A stretch of 64,000 nt of DNA, from the IMG/VR virus record IMGVR_UViG_3300007513_001761, positions 1 to 64,000 of that record. One strand, 5' to 3'. Positions 38,918-47,761 of this stretch are shown here, one piece after another. The notes beneath the pieces are model-generated. The model saw only the letters and a program-made list of their open reading frames with translations. It ran no database searches and was not told the DNA's origin. Each line of letters begins with the position of its first letter. The stretch's first letter is position 1. A program made the position numbers and the translations under genes. The DNA is from a virus.

Positions 38918-40069
38918 TTAGCCTTCCACCATGGGGCCTTCGGCTGCATCAGTCCCTGCTGGGCTCGTGGGATCTGTAGAAGCAACAGCGGGTGCAGTCG
39001 GATCATCACATTTTTGAATTGCCTTAATAAAGGGAGTTGCGTCCATGGGACTAGAACCTTTCCAAAGCTCCATATGTAAATGAGGGCCGGTACCCACGCC
39101 GGTATTTCCAACCTTTCCAATAAGATCTCCGCGACTCACGAGGTCTCCCGCCTTAATATGTGTGGGCTTCTGTGCCATGTGAAAATATTTCGTTTTATAG
39201 CCACTCCCGAGTCCTGTGTGTTTAATGTTAACGGAATTGCCTTGGCGCGTCTTGCCATCCCATGCATAAACTTTATCAATTACTCCATCAGCGGCTGCAT
39301 ATATTGGCGTGCCCGTCGAAGCTCCCCAGTCGGTGCCCTGGTGTTCTTCGCCGCCTCTAGGTCCATAGGGGCTCGTAATGGGATATGAATCATTCATTAA
39401 TGGATGCATCAAATAGAACTCAGAGTATTCTTCTGCACACACTTCTGCGTCTATCGTTATAGACGGAATAGATGTCTCTAACAACTCAATCGTATTAACA
39501 GTGAATTGTCCCTGTAAGCTTTCACATGAATCAAATTGCGGACGTGCAGGATCTGCGGCTTCTACCACTCCTAGAATTTCTCCTTGCTCCATGATCAAAG
39601 CTCCATCGCCACCTACCTGTAAAGTCACTTTAATGATATCATTCCTGTTTATGTTCATCCCGGAACTTATATCGTAGTCTGTGCTGGTGATGAATGTCGG
39701 AAACATTTTAGCTAATGCGATTGAAGTGGCTATATCTGGCGTTTTTCCCAGGCTACAAGGATCGACCAAATAACTGTGTGGGTTTTCAATAAACGGCAAT
39801 CGGTTACCAATCGCATCTCCAACGATAATGGCCTTTACCGCAGAGCGGGCTATTTTGGAATCATCCGGAGAGCTTGTCGTCGAAACAGAGGCTAGCCCAT
39901 ATCGTTCCAACATTTTCTTGCGCGAAAGTGGCACACCGTCGGTAATTGCACGGGCAGTGAACTCTCGAATTTCGCCTGGGAACCCAACGGTTGCTTTGTT
40001 TTGTTTTTGCGCGGCGTAGAGTCCTATCTTGGCCCTAGCCATTGTAAAATCACTATAATCAAGTGGCAT
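38918..40069 (-). CDS. shared gp5-OB-like N-domain fused to M23 peptidase
   Basis: ITSPYGPR, HQGTD (HxxxD), GTPIYAAADG, YFHM, TGPHLHME (HxH); RBS spacing favours ATG at 40069 (track gives 40075). Confidence 0.9.
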   Translation of the reverse strand: MPLDYSDFTMARAKIGLYAAQKQNKATVGFPGEIREFTARAITDGVPLSRKKMLERYGLASVSTTSSPDDSKIARSAVKAIIVGDAIGNRLPFIENPHSYLVDPCSLGKTPDIATSIALAKMFPTFITSTDYDISSGMNINRNDIIKVTLQVGGDGALIMEQGEILGVVEAADPARPQFDSCESLQGQFTVNTIELLETSIPSITIDAEVCAEEYSEFYLMHPLMNDSYPITSPYGPRGGEEHQGTDWGASTGTPIYAAADGVIDKVYAWDGKTRQGNSVNIKHTGLGSGYKTKYFHMAQKPTHIKAGDLVSRGDLIGKVGNTGVGTGPHLHMELWKGSSPMDATPFIKAIQKCDDPTAPAVASTDPTSPAGTDAAEGPMVEG

Positions 40070-40364
40070 CCACATTATCTCCTTGAATTAAATCAAAGAG
40101 AGAGTTTTTGTCATCTTCGGTAAGCTCTACCTCTCGCCCAGAAGCTTTGTGTTTAAGACCGATAAGCTTTACTAGCTGTTCATTGGAACGTTGCATTGTT
40201 TCAATGTGTTTGGCGGCTACAGGGCTCAGATATTTGTTTTGTTCTGCATCTTTGGCAATGGCGTTAGCAATCTCATTTAAAAACTCTCGGGCCACTTTGC
40301 GGTCATTACGAATGTTGCCAAGCGCCTCTTCCATAAGTTTTTTTAAATCTTCTTGTTTGCTCAT
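40059..40364 (-). CDS. hypothetical helical protein (weakly terminase-small-subunit-like)
   Basis: 101 aa, coupled to sigma gene; amphipathic helices only. Confidence 0.6.
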   Translation of the reverse strand: MSKQEDLKKLMEEALGNIRNDRKVAREFLNEIANAIAKDAEQNKYLSPVAAKHIETMQRSNEQLVKLIGLKHKASGREVELTEDDKNSLFDLIQGDNVDAT

Positions 40365-41062
40365 AATACGCCACTCTCCCAGTCTTGCTTGAACAGGTAA
40401 TACTTTTTTCTAAATTTCTTTAGAGAATTAACAATCTGTTTGGTGTTAAGTCCAGTAATCTCTCTCAAGTATAGGTAAATAGCTTTTTTGTTAAAAATTT
40501 CTATATCCTCTTTCGACTCAAATAAGATAATAATGGCTTTATAAACTTTAAGATCATTTTCCTTCATTTGGGAAGTGTCCCAAGAACTAAGTTCTGTGTG
40601 GAATGAGAGCCAGAATTCTTCGTCTTCTCTCTCGGTCACATAAGATTCATTCGTCGATAGATACTCTTCTTCGTAAGCTTTTGAGACATTTTCATAATCA
40701 ACCTCGCGCATGCTGCGTTTTTGCTGCTGCTTGACTTTATGAATGAACCAATTCTTAGTAATAACAGAAAAATAGGAAAAGGCTTTGGAGCCTTTAGTGG
40801 GGTCGTATTTATCTAAAATGGTCATAAGCCATATCTTACATTCGTCGCGCAAATAGTCGCAATTAGGAAGATTCGTAAATTTATAAGTAAAAACTATTTT
40901 ATCCACCATTTCGTTAAAAGCAGGCTGGATGAGGTTTACATATAACTCAGTTCTTTCTTTTATGCAGTCTGTGTTGCTATATCGGATAATGGCATTTTCA
41001 TGGACAACGGTAAAATAGTGATTACTCTTTTTGGCCGCTCTCTTCTTCTTCGTTTTCTTCAT
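40361..41062 (-). CDS. phage sigma factor (T4 gp55-like late sigma)
   Basis: NHYFT, LRDECKIWLMTILDKYDPTKGSKAFSYFSVITKNWFI region-2-like motif; C-terminal HTH-like IYLYLREITGLNTKQI. Confidence 0.75.
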   Translation of the reverse strand: MKKTKKKRAAKKSNHYFTVVHENAIIRYSNTDCIKERTELYVNLIQPAFNEMVDKIVFTYKFTNLPNCDYLRDECKIWLMTILDKYDPTKGSKAFSYFSVITKNWFIHKVKQQQKRSMREVDYENVSKAYEEEYLSTNESYVTEREDEEFWLSFHTELSSWDTSQMKENDLKVYKAIIILFESKEDIEIFNKKAIYLYLREITGLNTKQIVNSLKKFRKKYYLFKQDWESGVL

Positions 41063-41393
41063 CAATGAGTTCAGGTTCCTTGCTATCGTCTGTAATTTCG
41101 GGCGCTTCTGGTTCTGTCAACGAGTAAATATACTCGAAAGTTTCTAGTTGTTCGTTAAAAGACACAGCATGGTGTAGAAGATGTTCTAAGGTTTGATCTC
41201 CATAGAATGCATCCAAATCATATACAGACTTAACATGTTTTGCGAATGCATCTATCATATGTTGTAAATCTCCTAGTTCTTCTGACACCGAGAGAAGTTG
41301 CACGATGGCCGAGCGAGCATAAATAAAAATACCCACATTAAGAAACAGCGATAACGTTAGCACTGCAGATAGTATTATTTCAAGTCGGCTCAT
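41022..41393 (-). CDS. hypothetical protein with N-terminal TM helix
   Basis: Hydrophobic residues 5-26, acidic tail. Confidence 0.6.
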   Translation of the reverse strand: MSRLEIILSAVLTLSLFLNVGIFIYARSAIVQLLSVSEELGDLQHMIDAFAKHVKSVYDLDAFYGDQTLEHLLHHAVSFNEQLETFEYIYSLTEPEAPEITDDSKEPELIDEENEEEESGQKE

Positions 41394-41655
41394 ATGTTTC
41401 CTCTTTTGCTTTGCTTTTCTCTTGTTTTAACAACTCTTTATTGGCTTCAATAAATTCCTTTGTAATCTCTCCAACTTTGATGTCTGATGACTCTCCATCG
41501 GGTGATTTTATGATTTGTGGTGTTGTTAAACTTTTTACTAGAGAACCAGTTAGCTCACAAAATTTACATTGTAAGCTGTCGGCAGTTTCAGTTATCCGGT
41601 GAAATGCCATTTGTTCGCTGCGGCAATCCGCACAAACGTACCGGTATCGGGGCAT
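41380..41655 (-). CDS. FmdB-family zinc ribbon protein
   Basis: MPRYRYVCADC...CKFC. Confidence 0.8.
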   Translation of the reverse strand: MPRYRYVCADCRSEQMAFHRITETADSLQCKFCELTGSLVKSLTTPQIIKSPDGESSDIKVGEITKEFIEANKELLKQEKSKAKEETYEPT

Positions 41656-41880
41656 TTACTTTTTCACCAAGTTTTCTAAATCTTCGTTAGAAACTTCCGC
41701 ATTGTTAGTTACCCTAACTGTGGGTGGGTTTCTAACAACAAGCCCATCTTGGGTCTCAACCAAGTCAAATCCTTGTAAAATTGGCACAATGTCCAATTCA
41801 TTTAACAAAGATTCCTGGAGGGCCATCATAATAGCCCCCATTGCTTGGTTAGACAATTTCAATTCTTTAGCTGTTGTCAT
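41656..41880 (-). CDS. hypothetical protein
   Basis: Start moved to MTTAKELK (41880) behind an AAGGAG RBS. Confidence 0.65.
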   Translation of the reverse strand: MTTAKELKLSNQAMGAIMMALQESLLNELDIVPILQGFDLVETQDGLVVRNPPTVRVTNNAEVSNEDLENLVKK

Positions 41881-41881
41881 T

Positions 41882-42259
41882 TTAATCTCCTTTTTCGATT
41901 CTGTAGCTGTCGCTATCAAAGTGTTGTGTTGAGAACTCAAAAAGTTCTGTGTCTTGCAGAGCAATCATTCTGTGGCGTAATCCGCGATATACATGAAAGT
42001 TGTCGCCGGCCTCTAAAACAATCTCCTCTGCGTCTTCTAATTTATCTCCATCTGAGTATTTTACCAGAAGTCTTCCAGATTGAACATAAAAAACCTCGTC
42101 CTTCAATTTGTGAAAGTGCCATGAGCACTGCTTGTCCTTCTCAAAGAACAACAGCTTTCCGCAATATTCCTCACAATTTACTATCCATCTTTCCCAGCCC
42201 CAGCCTTTATCAACGTGGGTCATCGGCAAAGAAGTCGTCTGCTTTAATTCCTTTGTCAT
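41882..42259 (-). CDS. cupin-domain sugar isomerase-like protein
   Basis: KGWGWE, CSWHFHKLKDEVFYV, HRM cupin motifs; true start may be 42223. Confidence 0.8.
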   Translation of the reverse strand: MTKELKQTTSLPMTHVDKGWGWERWIVNCEEYCGKLLFFEKDKQCSWHFHKLKDEVFYVQSGRLLVKYSDGDKLEDAEEIVLEAGDNFHVYRGLRHRMIALQDTELFEFSTQHFDSDSYRIEKGD

Positions 42260-42539
42260 CTATGTAAAAATCTCCTGAAGGTTTTCCTAATATCAATTTG
42301 TGGTACTTTGCTTCCCACTTTTTTAATTGTCTTTCTGTTAAATCGTGAAAATCATTGTGGGCTCTGAATCGGTTTCCGTGGTGTCTTCCCATTCCTCGCG
42401 CAGTAAAGTATACTATATTATGCCCTTCTTTATACAAAGTGTTAATTTTTTTAATTCGTTCCTCGAAAGGTTTTGCTTTTCTATAGTCTCCGTCTGTTAA
42501 TGTACAGATGGTGCCGTCGATATCAAACACATATGTCAT
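42210..42539 (-). CDS. small HAD-superfamily phosphatase (capsule-biosynthesis type)
   Basis: FDIDGTIC, YFTARG, GKP, YIDDK. Confidence 0.85.
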   Translation of the reverse strand: MTYVFDIDGTICTLTDGDYRKAKPFEERIKKINTLYKEGHNIVYFTARGMGRHHGNRFRAHNDFHDLTERQLKKWEAKYHKLILGKPSGDFYIDDKGIKADDFFADDPR

Positions 42540-42928
42540 TTCATGTTTCCTAAAATTCGAGTTGTGGAGTAATCCCCAATTCTCTTAAAAAATTTTAATT
42601 CGAGTACATATTCTTGGCCAACCACATCTTTTCCTTCCCAATCAGATCCGATGACCATAACATCTGGCGCCAGGGATCTTATCTCTTCTTCTAATTCTCG
42701 CCTGGTATTGAATACTACCACTTCGTCAATGTATTTTATACACTCTAAAGCAAATTTCCTGTCACTCACGTTATTAAAAGGTCGTTCTTCTCCCTTGTCT
42801 TTTCTAACTTTTTCGTCAGAATCAATACCGACTACTAGTTCATCTCCCAATGATTTCGCATACTTAAACATTTCAAAGTGACCACGATGCAAGATGTCAA
42901 AACATCCATTTACCCACACAAGCTTCAT
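42536..42928 (-). CDS. cytidylyltransferase-like nucleotidyltransferase (RfaE2/HldE domain II or TagD-like)
   Basis: NGCFDILHRGH, VGIDSD, KG..RP, GSDW, YSTT; start at ATGA overlap 42928. Confidence 0.85.
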   Translation of the reverse strand: MKLVWVNGCFDILHRGHFEMFKYAKSLGDELVVGIDSDEKVRKDKGEERPFNNVSDRKFALECIKYIDEVVVFNTRRELEEEIRSLAPDVMVIGSDWEGKDVVGQEYVLELKFFKRIGDYSTTRILGNMK

Positions 42929-43665
42929 ACGACACTCACGCCTTTCTTTTGTACAACTTGAGTAGCGCAAGTATTCGCAAACTCAATGGCGCTGGCAATG
43001 TCTTTACTTTCTGCATAGCGCGCAACAAGAGCACTAATAAAAGTGTCGCCGGCGCCGGACGTATCTTTTATTTCTACTTTCGGTACTGGGTAATATTCGT
43101 TCAAATAACGAGCGCCTTTAGGCCCGAGAGTGATGATCATCTTTTTAATTAGTTCGTCATCTAACATGTGCTTAGTTCTATTATATTCGAACTCGTTAAT
43201 CTTGATAAATTTAATCTCACGACACCAATCCCCTAGGATCTTTTTGGTGTCTAAAAAAGTATACGGGTTCTGTTGGGCAATATAAGCTATGTCCGTTTCC
43301 GAGAGAAAACCTTTATTATAATCGGAGATAACAATCACATCATAAGGCGAAAAATCAATTTGTTCAAGCTCACAGCGCACGATGTTATCATCATTCTCAT
43401 CGCAACGCAAAATGATGTAGTTGGTTCTATCATCTACAAATCTAACTTTTCGCACAGATTCCCAATTAGCATTTGTGGCAATATCCACGCTTGCTTCGAC
43501 CAATGATTGAATATTACGATAAACATTCATCGCCATACCAGGATTGGTGTTGACGCTGTCTCTGTCTAACTTAATCACCGGCACAGGAGCTTCCGGGCAT
43601 AAACGACTACATTCACCATATTGGTAAACGTCTACACAACTTTCGCCAATCACCAGAATACGCAT
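42925..43665 (-). CDS. PfkB-family sugar kinase (RfaE1/HldE domain I, heptose-7-P kinase-like)
   Basis: ILVIGESCVD, RLCPEAPVPV, ISDYNKG, DTSGAGDTF. Confidence 0.85.
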   Translation of the reverse strand: MRILVIGESCVDVYQYGECSRLCPEAPVPVIKLDRDSVNTNPGMAMNVYRNIQSLVEASVDIATNANWESVRKVRFVDDRTNYIILRCDENDDNIVRCELEQIDFSPYDVIVISDYNKGFLSETDIAYIAQQNPYTFLDTKKILGDWCREIKFIKINEFEYNRTKHMLDDELIKKMIITLGPKGARYLNEYYPVPKVEIKDTSGAGDTFISALVARYAESKDIASAIEFANTCATQVVQKKGVSVV

Positions 43666-44861
43666 TAAGATCCTTTAACAACATCACAAATAAAGTCAAT
43701 TTCTTCGAGGGTTAATTCGGGGTAATTCGGCAAAAAGAAGCCTCGTGCGTGAATCTTATCACTCACTTCATCTCGGAATTCTGCATACAAATCAGTCCAA
43801 AATGGGTGGCGTCCAAGATTGCCAGCGCTAAATAGACGCGTCTCAATGCCATTTTCAACCAGGCGTGTCACAATCTCTTTGCGATGTTCCGTGCTATCGG
43901 CTAAGGCGCCGAAAGAAATAGATACGGGAGTATTATCACCCCACTTTTGAAACTCCACCACACCGTCCAGCTTTTCCGCGTAGAGCGTATGATTTATGTA
44001 CCGACGGTTGGCGGCCCATTCTGCTTTTTGCACCTGTCTGATGCCCAGGAACGCCTGTAAATCGGTAGATCTAAGGTTGTATCCTGGTATAAAAAACGTG
44101 AAGGGGCTGTGGAAGTCATCAATTCCATGTTTATCCATTAAGGCTTTCGAAGATTCAGCGCTCAAGTCTTTAGCCCAGCCGTGACTGCGGAGCATCAAAA
44201 GCATTTCATACAATTCTTTATCATCAGTATTAACCATGCCGCCTTCAATTGTAGAAAGCTGATGTCCGAAGTAAAATGAAAACGAGGACATGTCTCCAAC
44301 AGTACCAACCATCGTGCCATCCGAATAGGCTGCGCCTAGGGCTGCGCAGGCATCTTCTAACAAGGTGAATCCATACTTCTCTTTAAGCGCTAGAATGCGC
44401 TCTTTGTGATGAGGAACGCCGAGAACTTGCACAAAGATTACAGCATCGGGACTTTCTTCTTCGCAGATTTTCTCAAGCTGGTCAAGGTCCATTCCAAACG
44501 TATCGGCATCTGCACCGCACATAATCGGCGTTAAACCAAGCTGAATTGCGGGGGCAATTGTTGTCACCCAACCCACAGACGGCACCACGATCTTCTTGTT
44601 TGGAATGCGTCCTGCTTGCACTGCTGCAGCAACCATCAAAAGATTCGCGGAAGAGCCTGAGTTATTAAAGACCGCATACTTGGTGTCAATGTAGAGGGCC
44701 CAATCGTCTTCAACGTCCCAGGTCAGTTGACCCTTGGTGAGACGTGGGTAACCCTTGAGCCAATCGCACAATGCGTTGATATCTTCGTCATTAATCGTTT
44801 CTTTTGCGAGGGGAAATTTAATTGTCTCTTGTCTGGATATCTTATAGTTTTGATGTTTCAT
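43665..44861 (-). CDS. colD: PLP-dependent GDP-4-keto-6-deoxymannose 3-dehydratase (ColD-like)
   Basis: DegT/DnrJ fold (NSGSSANL, EDAC) with His in place of the Schiff-base Lys (SFYFGHQLSTIEGG), LRSHGW, GYNLR; lacks the E1 Fe-S Cys motif. Confidence 0.75.
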   Translation of the reverse strand: MKHQNYKISRQETIKFPLAKETINDEDINALCDWLKGYPRLTKGQLTWDVEDDWALYIDTKYAVFNNSGSSANLLMVAAAVQAGRIPNKKIVVPSVGWVTTIAPAIQLGLTPIMCGADADTFGMDLDQLEKICEEESPDAVIFVQVLGVPHHKERILALKEKYGFTLLEDACAALGAAYSDGTMVGTVGDMSSFSFYFGHQLSTIEGGMVNTDDKELYEMLLMLRSHGWAKDLSAESSKALMDKHGIDDFHSPFTFFIPGYNLRSTDLQAFLGIRQVQKAEWAANRRYINHTLYAEKLDGVVEFQKWGDNTPVSISFGALADSTEHRKEIVTRLVENGIETRLFSAGNLGRHPFWTDLYAEFRDEVSDKIHARGFFLPNYPELTLEEIDFICDVVKGS

Positions 44862-45388
44862 CTACAACTCCTTTTGAATGATGTTCCATTCTGGTCTCTT
44901 TCAGATAAAATGGGGTCCTGCATTAACCACTCGAAAGCCAAATCCGGATCGTTCCACAATATAGTTGCTTGGTCTTGGGGGCCCTCATAAGGTCGTGTCC
45001 ATTTATAATGAAAGATACACCTATCGCTTAGACACAAATGTCCATTTATGCATCCAGGTGGTATATAAATGGATGTAGGCTTTTCATCGCTTAGGGTGAC
45101 CATATAAGTATTTGTGTAGGTAGGCGATTTGCGCCTCATATCTGCGATAGCTAATTGAAAGGTGCCCCCAATACAAGTAACAAGTTTCCCGGTGAGTGCG
45201 TCTCCGTGGAGACCTCTTAAAACATTTTTATAAGAAATAGTTATTTTATCTTCTACAAATTGCGGAAGAAAGTTGTTTTCACCATATAGTGTCCAAATCT
45301 TTCCCCTTATATCGTCAAAGGTGTCAAGAGCAATTATCAGCGCTCCTTCAATCTCTGAACTGTGCTTTATATTATCAACGTAATACAT
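44858..45388 (-). CDS. rmlC: dTDP-4-dehydrorhamnose 3,5-epimerase family
   Basis: DIRG, NVLRGLH, DMRRKSPTY, YIPPGCINGH, WNDPDL, ILSERD; start at TAATG overlap. Confidence 0.85.
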   Translation of the reverse strand: MYYVDNIKHSSEIEGALIIALDTFDDIRGKIWTLYGENNFLPQFVEDKITISYKNVLRGLHGDALTGKLVTCIGGTFQLAIADMRRKSPTYTNTYMVTLSDEKPTSIYIPPGCINGHLCLSDRCIFHYKWTRPYEGPQDQATILWNDPDLAFEWLMQDPILSERDQNGTSFKRSCR

Positions 45389-46323
45389 TATTTTATACCA
45401 CGAATGTTGGGATAATTTTGAGTAAACCATTCAATTGTTTCTTTTAAAGAAACATCTAAGTTGGTAAATTCAAAATCCGGGAGGAGTGTTTTAAGTCTAG
45501 ATATATTTGACTTTTTTCTCAATTGGCCGTCAGGTTTGCTTTTATCAAACACCACCTCCCCTTCAAATTCAGAAAGGTTGGCTATTTTTTCTACCAATTC
45601 TTTAATAGAAAGCTCATCATCGCTCCCCACTAATAATCTATTTGGTAATGGCTGTTGCAACTCTAATATGCGTATTAAAATCTCAGCTATATCTAGAGAA
45701 TATACTAACTCTCTTTTTGCATTACCACTTCCCCATATTTTAAATGGAACATCGTCTTTTTTTGCCAATTGGCACTTATAAATTAACGAAGGGGTTACAT
45801 GACCTTCCTCTAAATTAAAATTATCATGTTTTCCAAATATATTTCCTGGTATTACGGAGCAAAAATCAACACCATATTGTCTTTTGGCTGCCTTAACATG
45901 AATGTCCACCATTCTTTTAGCGTAGGCATAAGCAAAGTGAATATGAAAAGGTTCTCCTTTCTGTATATCATCTTCTACAAACGTCTCTTGTTCTTTTGAA
46001 AAAACACACGTAGATGAAAATGCTATCAATTTCTTTACATTTGAAAGACAAGCATAACGAATAACGTTAGAGTTCATTAAGATATTATTATAAAAATAAT
46101 CTTCTTGGTAAGCTATATTGCCGCCGATACCCCCCACCTGGCCAGCGGCATGTATAACCCAATCTGGATTGACCTGCTCATACAGTCTTGCAACTTCATC
46201 TGGCTTTATTAAGTCGGTGTCTTCTCTAGTACTAAAGAAAAATTCGTGTTGAGAGTATTTTAGCGCTATTTCACGAATAGCATAACCAATTAATCCGTTT
46301 GCTCCAGTAACTAAAATTTTCAT
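45388..46323 (-). CDS. fcl: GDP-L-fucose/colitose synthase (Fcl/ColC family)
   Basis: TGANGLIG, AGQVGGI, SSTCVF, YAYAKR, PGNIFG..DNF..GHV, WGSG..RE, KPDG. Confidence 0.85.
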   Translation of the reverse strand: MKILVTGANGLIGYAIREIALKYSQHEFFFSTREDTDLIKPDEVARLYEQVNPDWVIHAAGQVGGIGGNIAYQEDYFYNNILMNSNVIRYACLSNVKKLIAFSSTCVFSKEQETFVEDDIQKGEPFHIHFAYAYAKRMVDIHVKAAKRQYGVDFCSVIPGNIFGKHDNFNLEEGHVTPSLIYKCQLAKKDDVPFKIWGSGNAKRELVYSLDIAEILIRILELQQPLPNRLLVGSDDELSIKELVEKIANLSEFEGEVVFDKSKPDGQLRKKSNISRLKTLLPDFEFTNLDVSLKETIEWFTQNYPNIRGIK

Positions 46324-47162
46324 TTTTTCGCCTTATCCTTGTTAAGTAAATATTGCCCCTGCTCTATGGTGCCAAAACGCCTAGGCCAAACCGAATGATT
46401 GCCTCTCCAATTATCATAATCGATACAAATCGACCTTATGTTGACTATATCTGAGCTACAATAATCATATTGAAACAGGGGCTTGTCATTATATACAAAA
46501 GCTCCAATAATAGGGCTATTTTGCGCATTTCTGTCGGGATCCCACACGCATCTCATTATAATTTTTGGAGAATAATAAACAACGGAACCATTTCGTTGTG
46601 CGCGAAAGCCAAGATCGTGTACGTTCATATTCATGTGTTCATATCTACAATCAAGTCCACCAAGTTGTCTATAATAATTTGTATTAATCATCATAACACA
46701 GGGAATCTTCCAGTGTGGTTGAACCCCTGGAAGGTTTGTGTCTGTGTGATACGAAACATTATAATATTCTAAAGGAAATTCCTTTTGGCGGCCTTCTTCG
46801 GTATCGCTCTCCGTATATCTCATAGTAATAATATCAATCGGTTGTTTTTCTTTTATTAACTCAATTGCTAAATCAATTGAATTTTCTTCAATTTCGCCAT
46901 CATCAGTTAGCCACGTTAGATAAGTGCCTTCGGCAAGATAACCTGCCAATTGAAAACATCTAGATGGAGTGCCGAAATCTCTGATAAACTTTACATTTAT
47001 TACATTATCGAAATAAGGAGGAAGTCCTTTTGGTCCGCAGAAAATAATTTCAAATGTATATTTTTTAACTGCTAATTTAGTTCTCTCATAGAGAGATTCC
47101 CAATTTTCCGGTTGAATTCCTGGAACAATGATTGATAAGTCATATGTACCTTGATTGATCAT
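46320..47162 (-). CDS. GT2-like glycosyltransferase (paralogue family A)
   Basis: LSIIVP, WLTDD, LGGLD, HDLGFR, DNW...W.RRF. Confidence 0.7.
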   Translation of the reverse strand: MINQGTYDLSIIVPGIQPENWESLYERTKLAVKKYTFEIIFCGPKGLPPYFDNVINVKFIRDFGTPSRCFQLAGYLAEGTYLTWLTDDGEIEENSIDLAIELIKEKQPIDIITMRYTESDTEEGRQKEFPLEYYNVSYHTDTNLPGVQPHWKIPCVMMINTNYYRQLGGLDCRYEHMNMNVHDLGFRAQRNGSVVYYSPKIIMRCVWDPDRNAQNSPIIGAFVYNDKPLFQYDYCSSDIVNIRSICIDYDNWRGNHSVWPRRFGTIEQGQYLLNKDKAKK

Positions 47163-47761
47163 CTCTTGATCGCCTCCACGTTTAAGCTCATCAACATCCC
47201 ATTGACCTTATCCATGTGCGGCAAATGAGCCTGACTGCCATCGTCAATAAAGAAATGTTCCGTTTCCTTAAAAGAATAAATTCGAATGTCTTCTTCTGCA
47301 AATCCTACTTCTATGAGAAATTTCTTTAACAACTTAAAATCAAAAGTAATGTAATGAATGTCATACTCGTTTCTTTGACCCCCGTGCAAAAGTCCATGCA
47401 ATTTTTCTAAATCGGCGGTGAGTAAATAATATTTTATTACTTTTTCAAAGTCAGGCACAGATAATCGTAAAACACCATTTGGCCGAAGAAGTTCTTTCCA
47501 TCGCAATAAAACACTTTTGATTTCTTTTCTTTTAACATGTTCAAGCAAATGAGAAGCATAAATCAAGTCTACAGATGAATCTTCGATACTTTCCAGAGTA
47601 AAAACATTATCTATAATATCCGGAGAAACTTCTTGTCGAGCATCAATATTAATCCATCCGTGAAATTTGCGGCTAGAGCAACCTAAATTAAGTTTGATTC
47701 CTTGTGTCTGTTTTATAGGATCGGCCATATTAGTACCAACTCCTGTTTTCCTGTCGTTCAT
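47159..47761 (-). CDS. SAM-dependent methyltransferase (type 11-like)
   Basis: KLNLGC, WINID, IYASHLLEH, LRPNGVLRLSVPD, SLNVEA. Confidence 0.85.
   Translation of the reverse strand: MNDRKTGVGTNMADPIKQTQGIKLNLGCSSRKFHGWINIDARQEVSPDIIDNVFTLESIEDSSVDLIYASHLLEHVKRKEIKSVLLRWKELLRPNGVLRLSVPDFEKVIKYYLLTADLEKLHGLLHGGQRNEYDIHYITFDFKLLKKFLIEVGFAEEDIRIYSFKETEHFFIDDGSQAHLPHMDKVNGMLMSLNVEAIKR

Noticed and set aside
26275-40069. T6SS or extracellular contractile injection system
   Set aside because: No TssJLM/ClpV or Afp-type ATPase recognised; primase, resolvase, gp55-like sigma and one-strand dense layout point to a phage.
41124-41131. ATATTTAC motif upstream of the sigma gene
   Set aside because: Inside a CDS and about 60 nt from the start; could be chance in AT-rich sequence.
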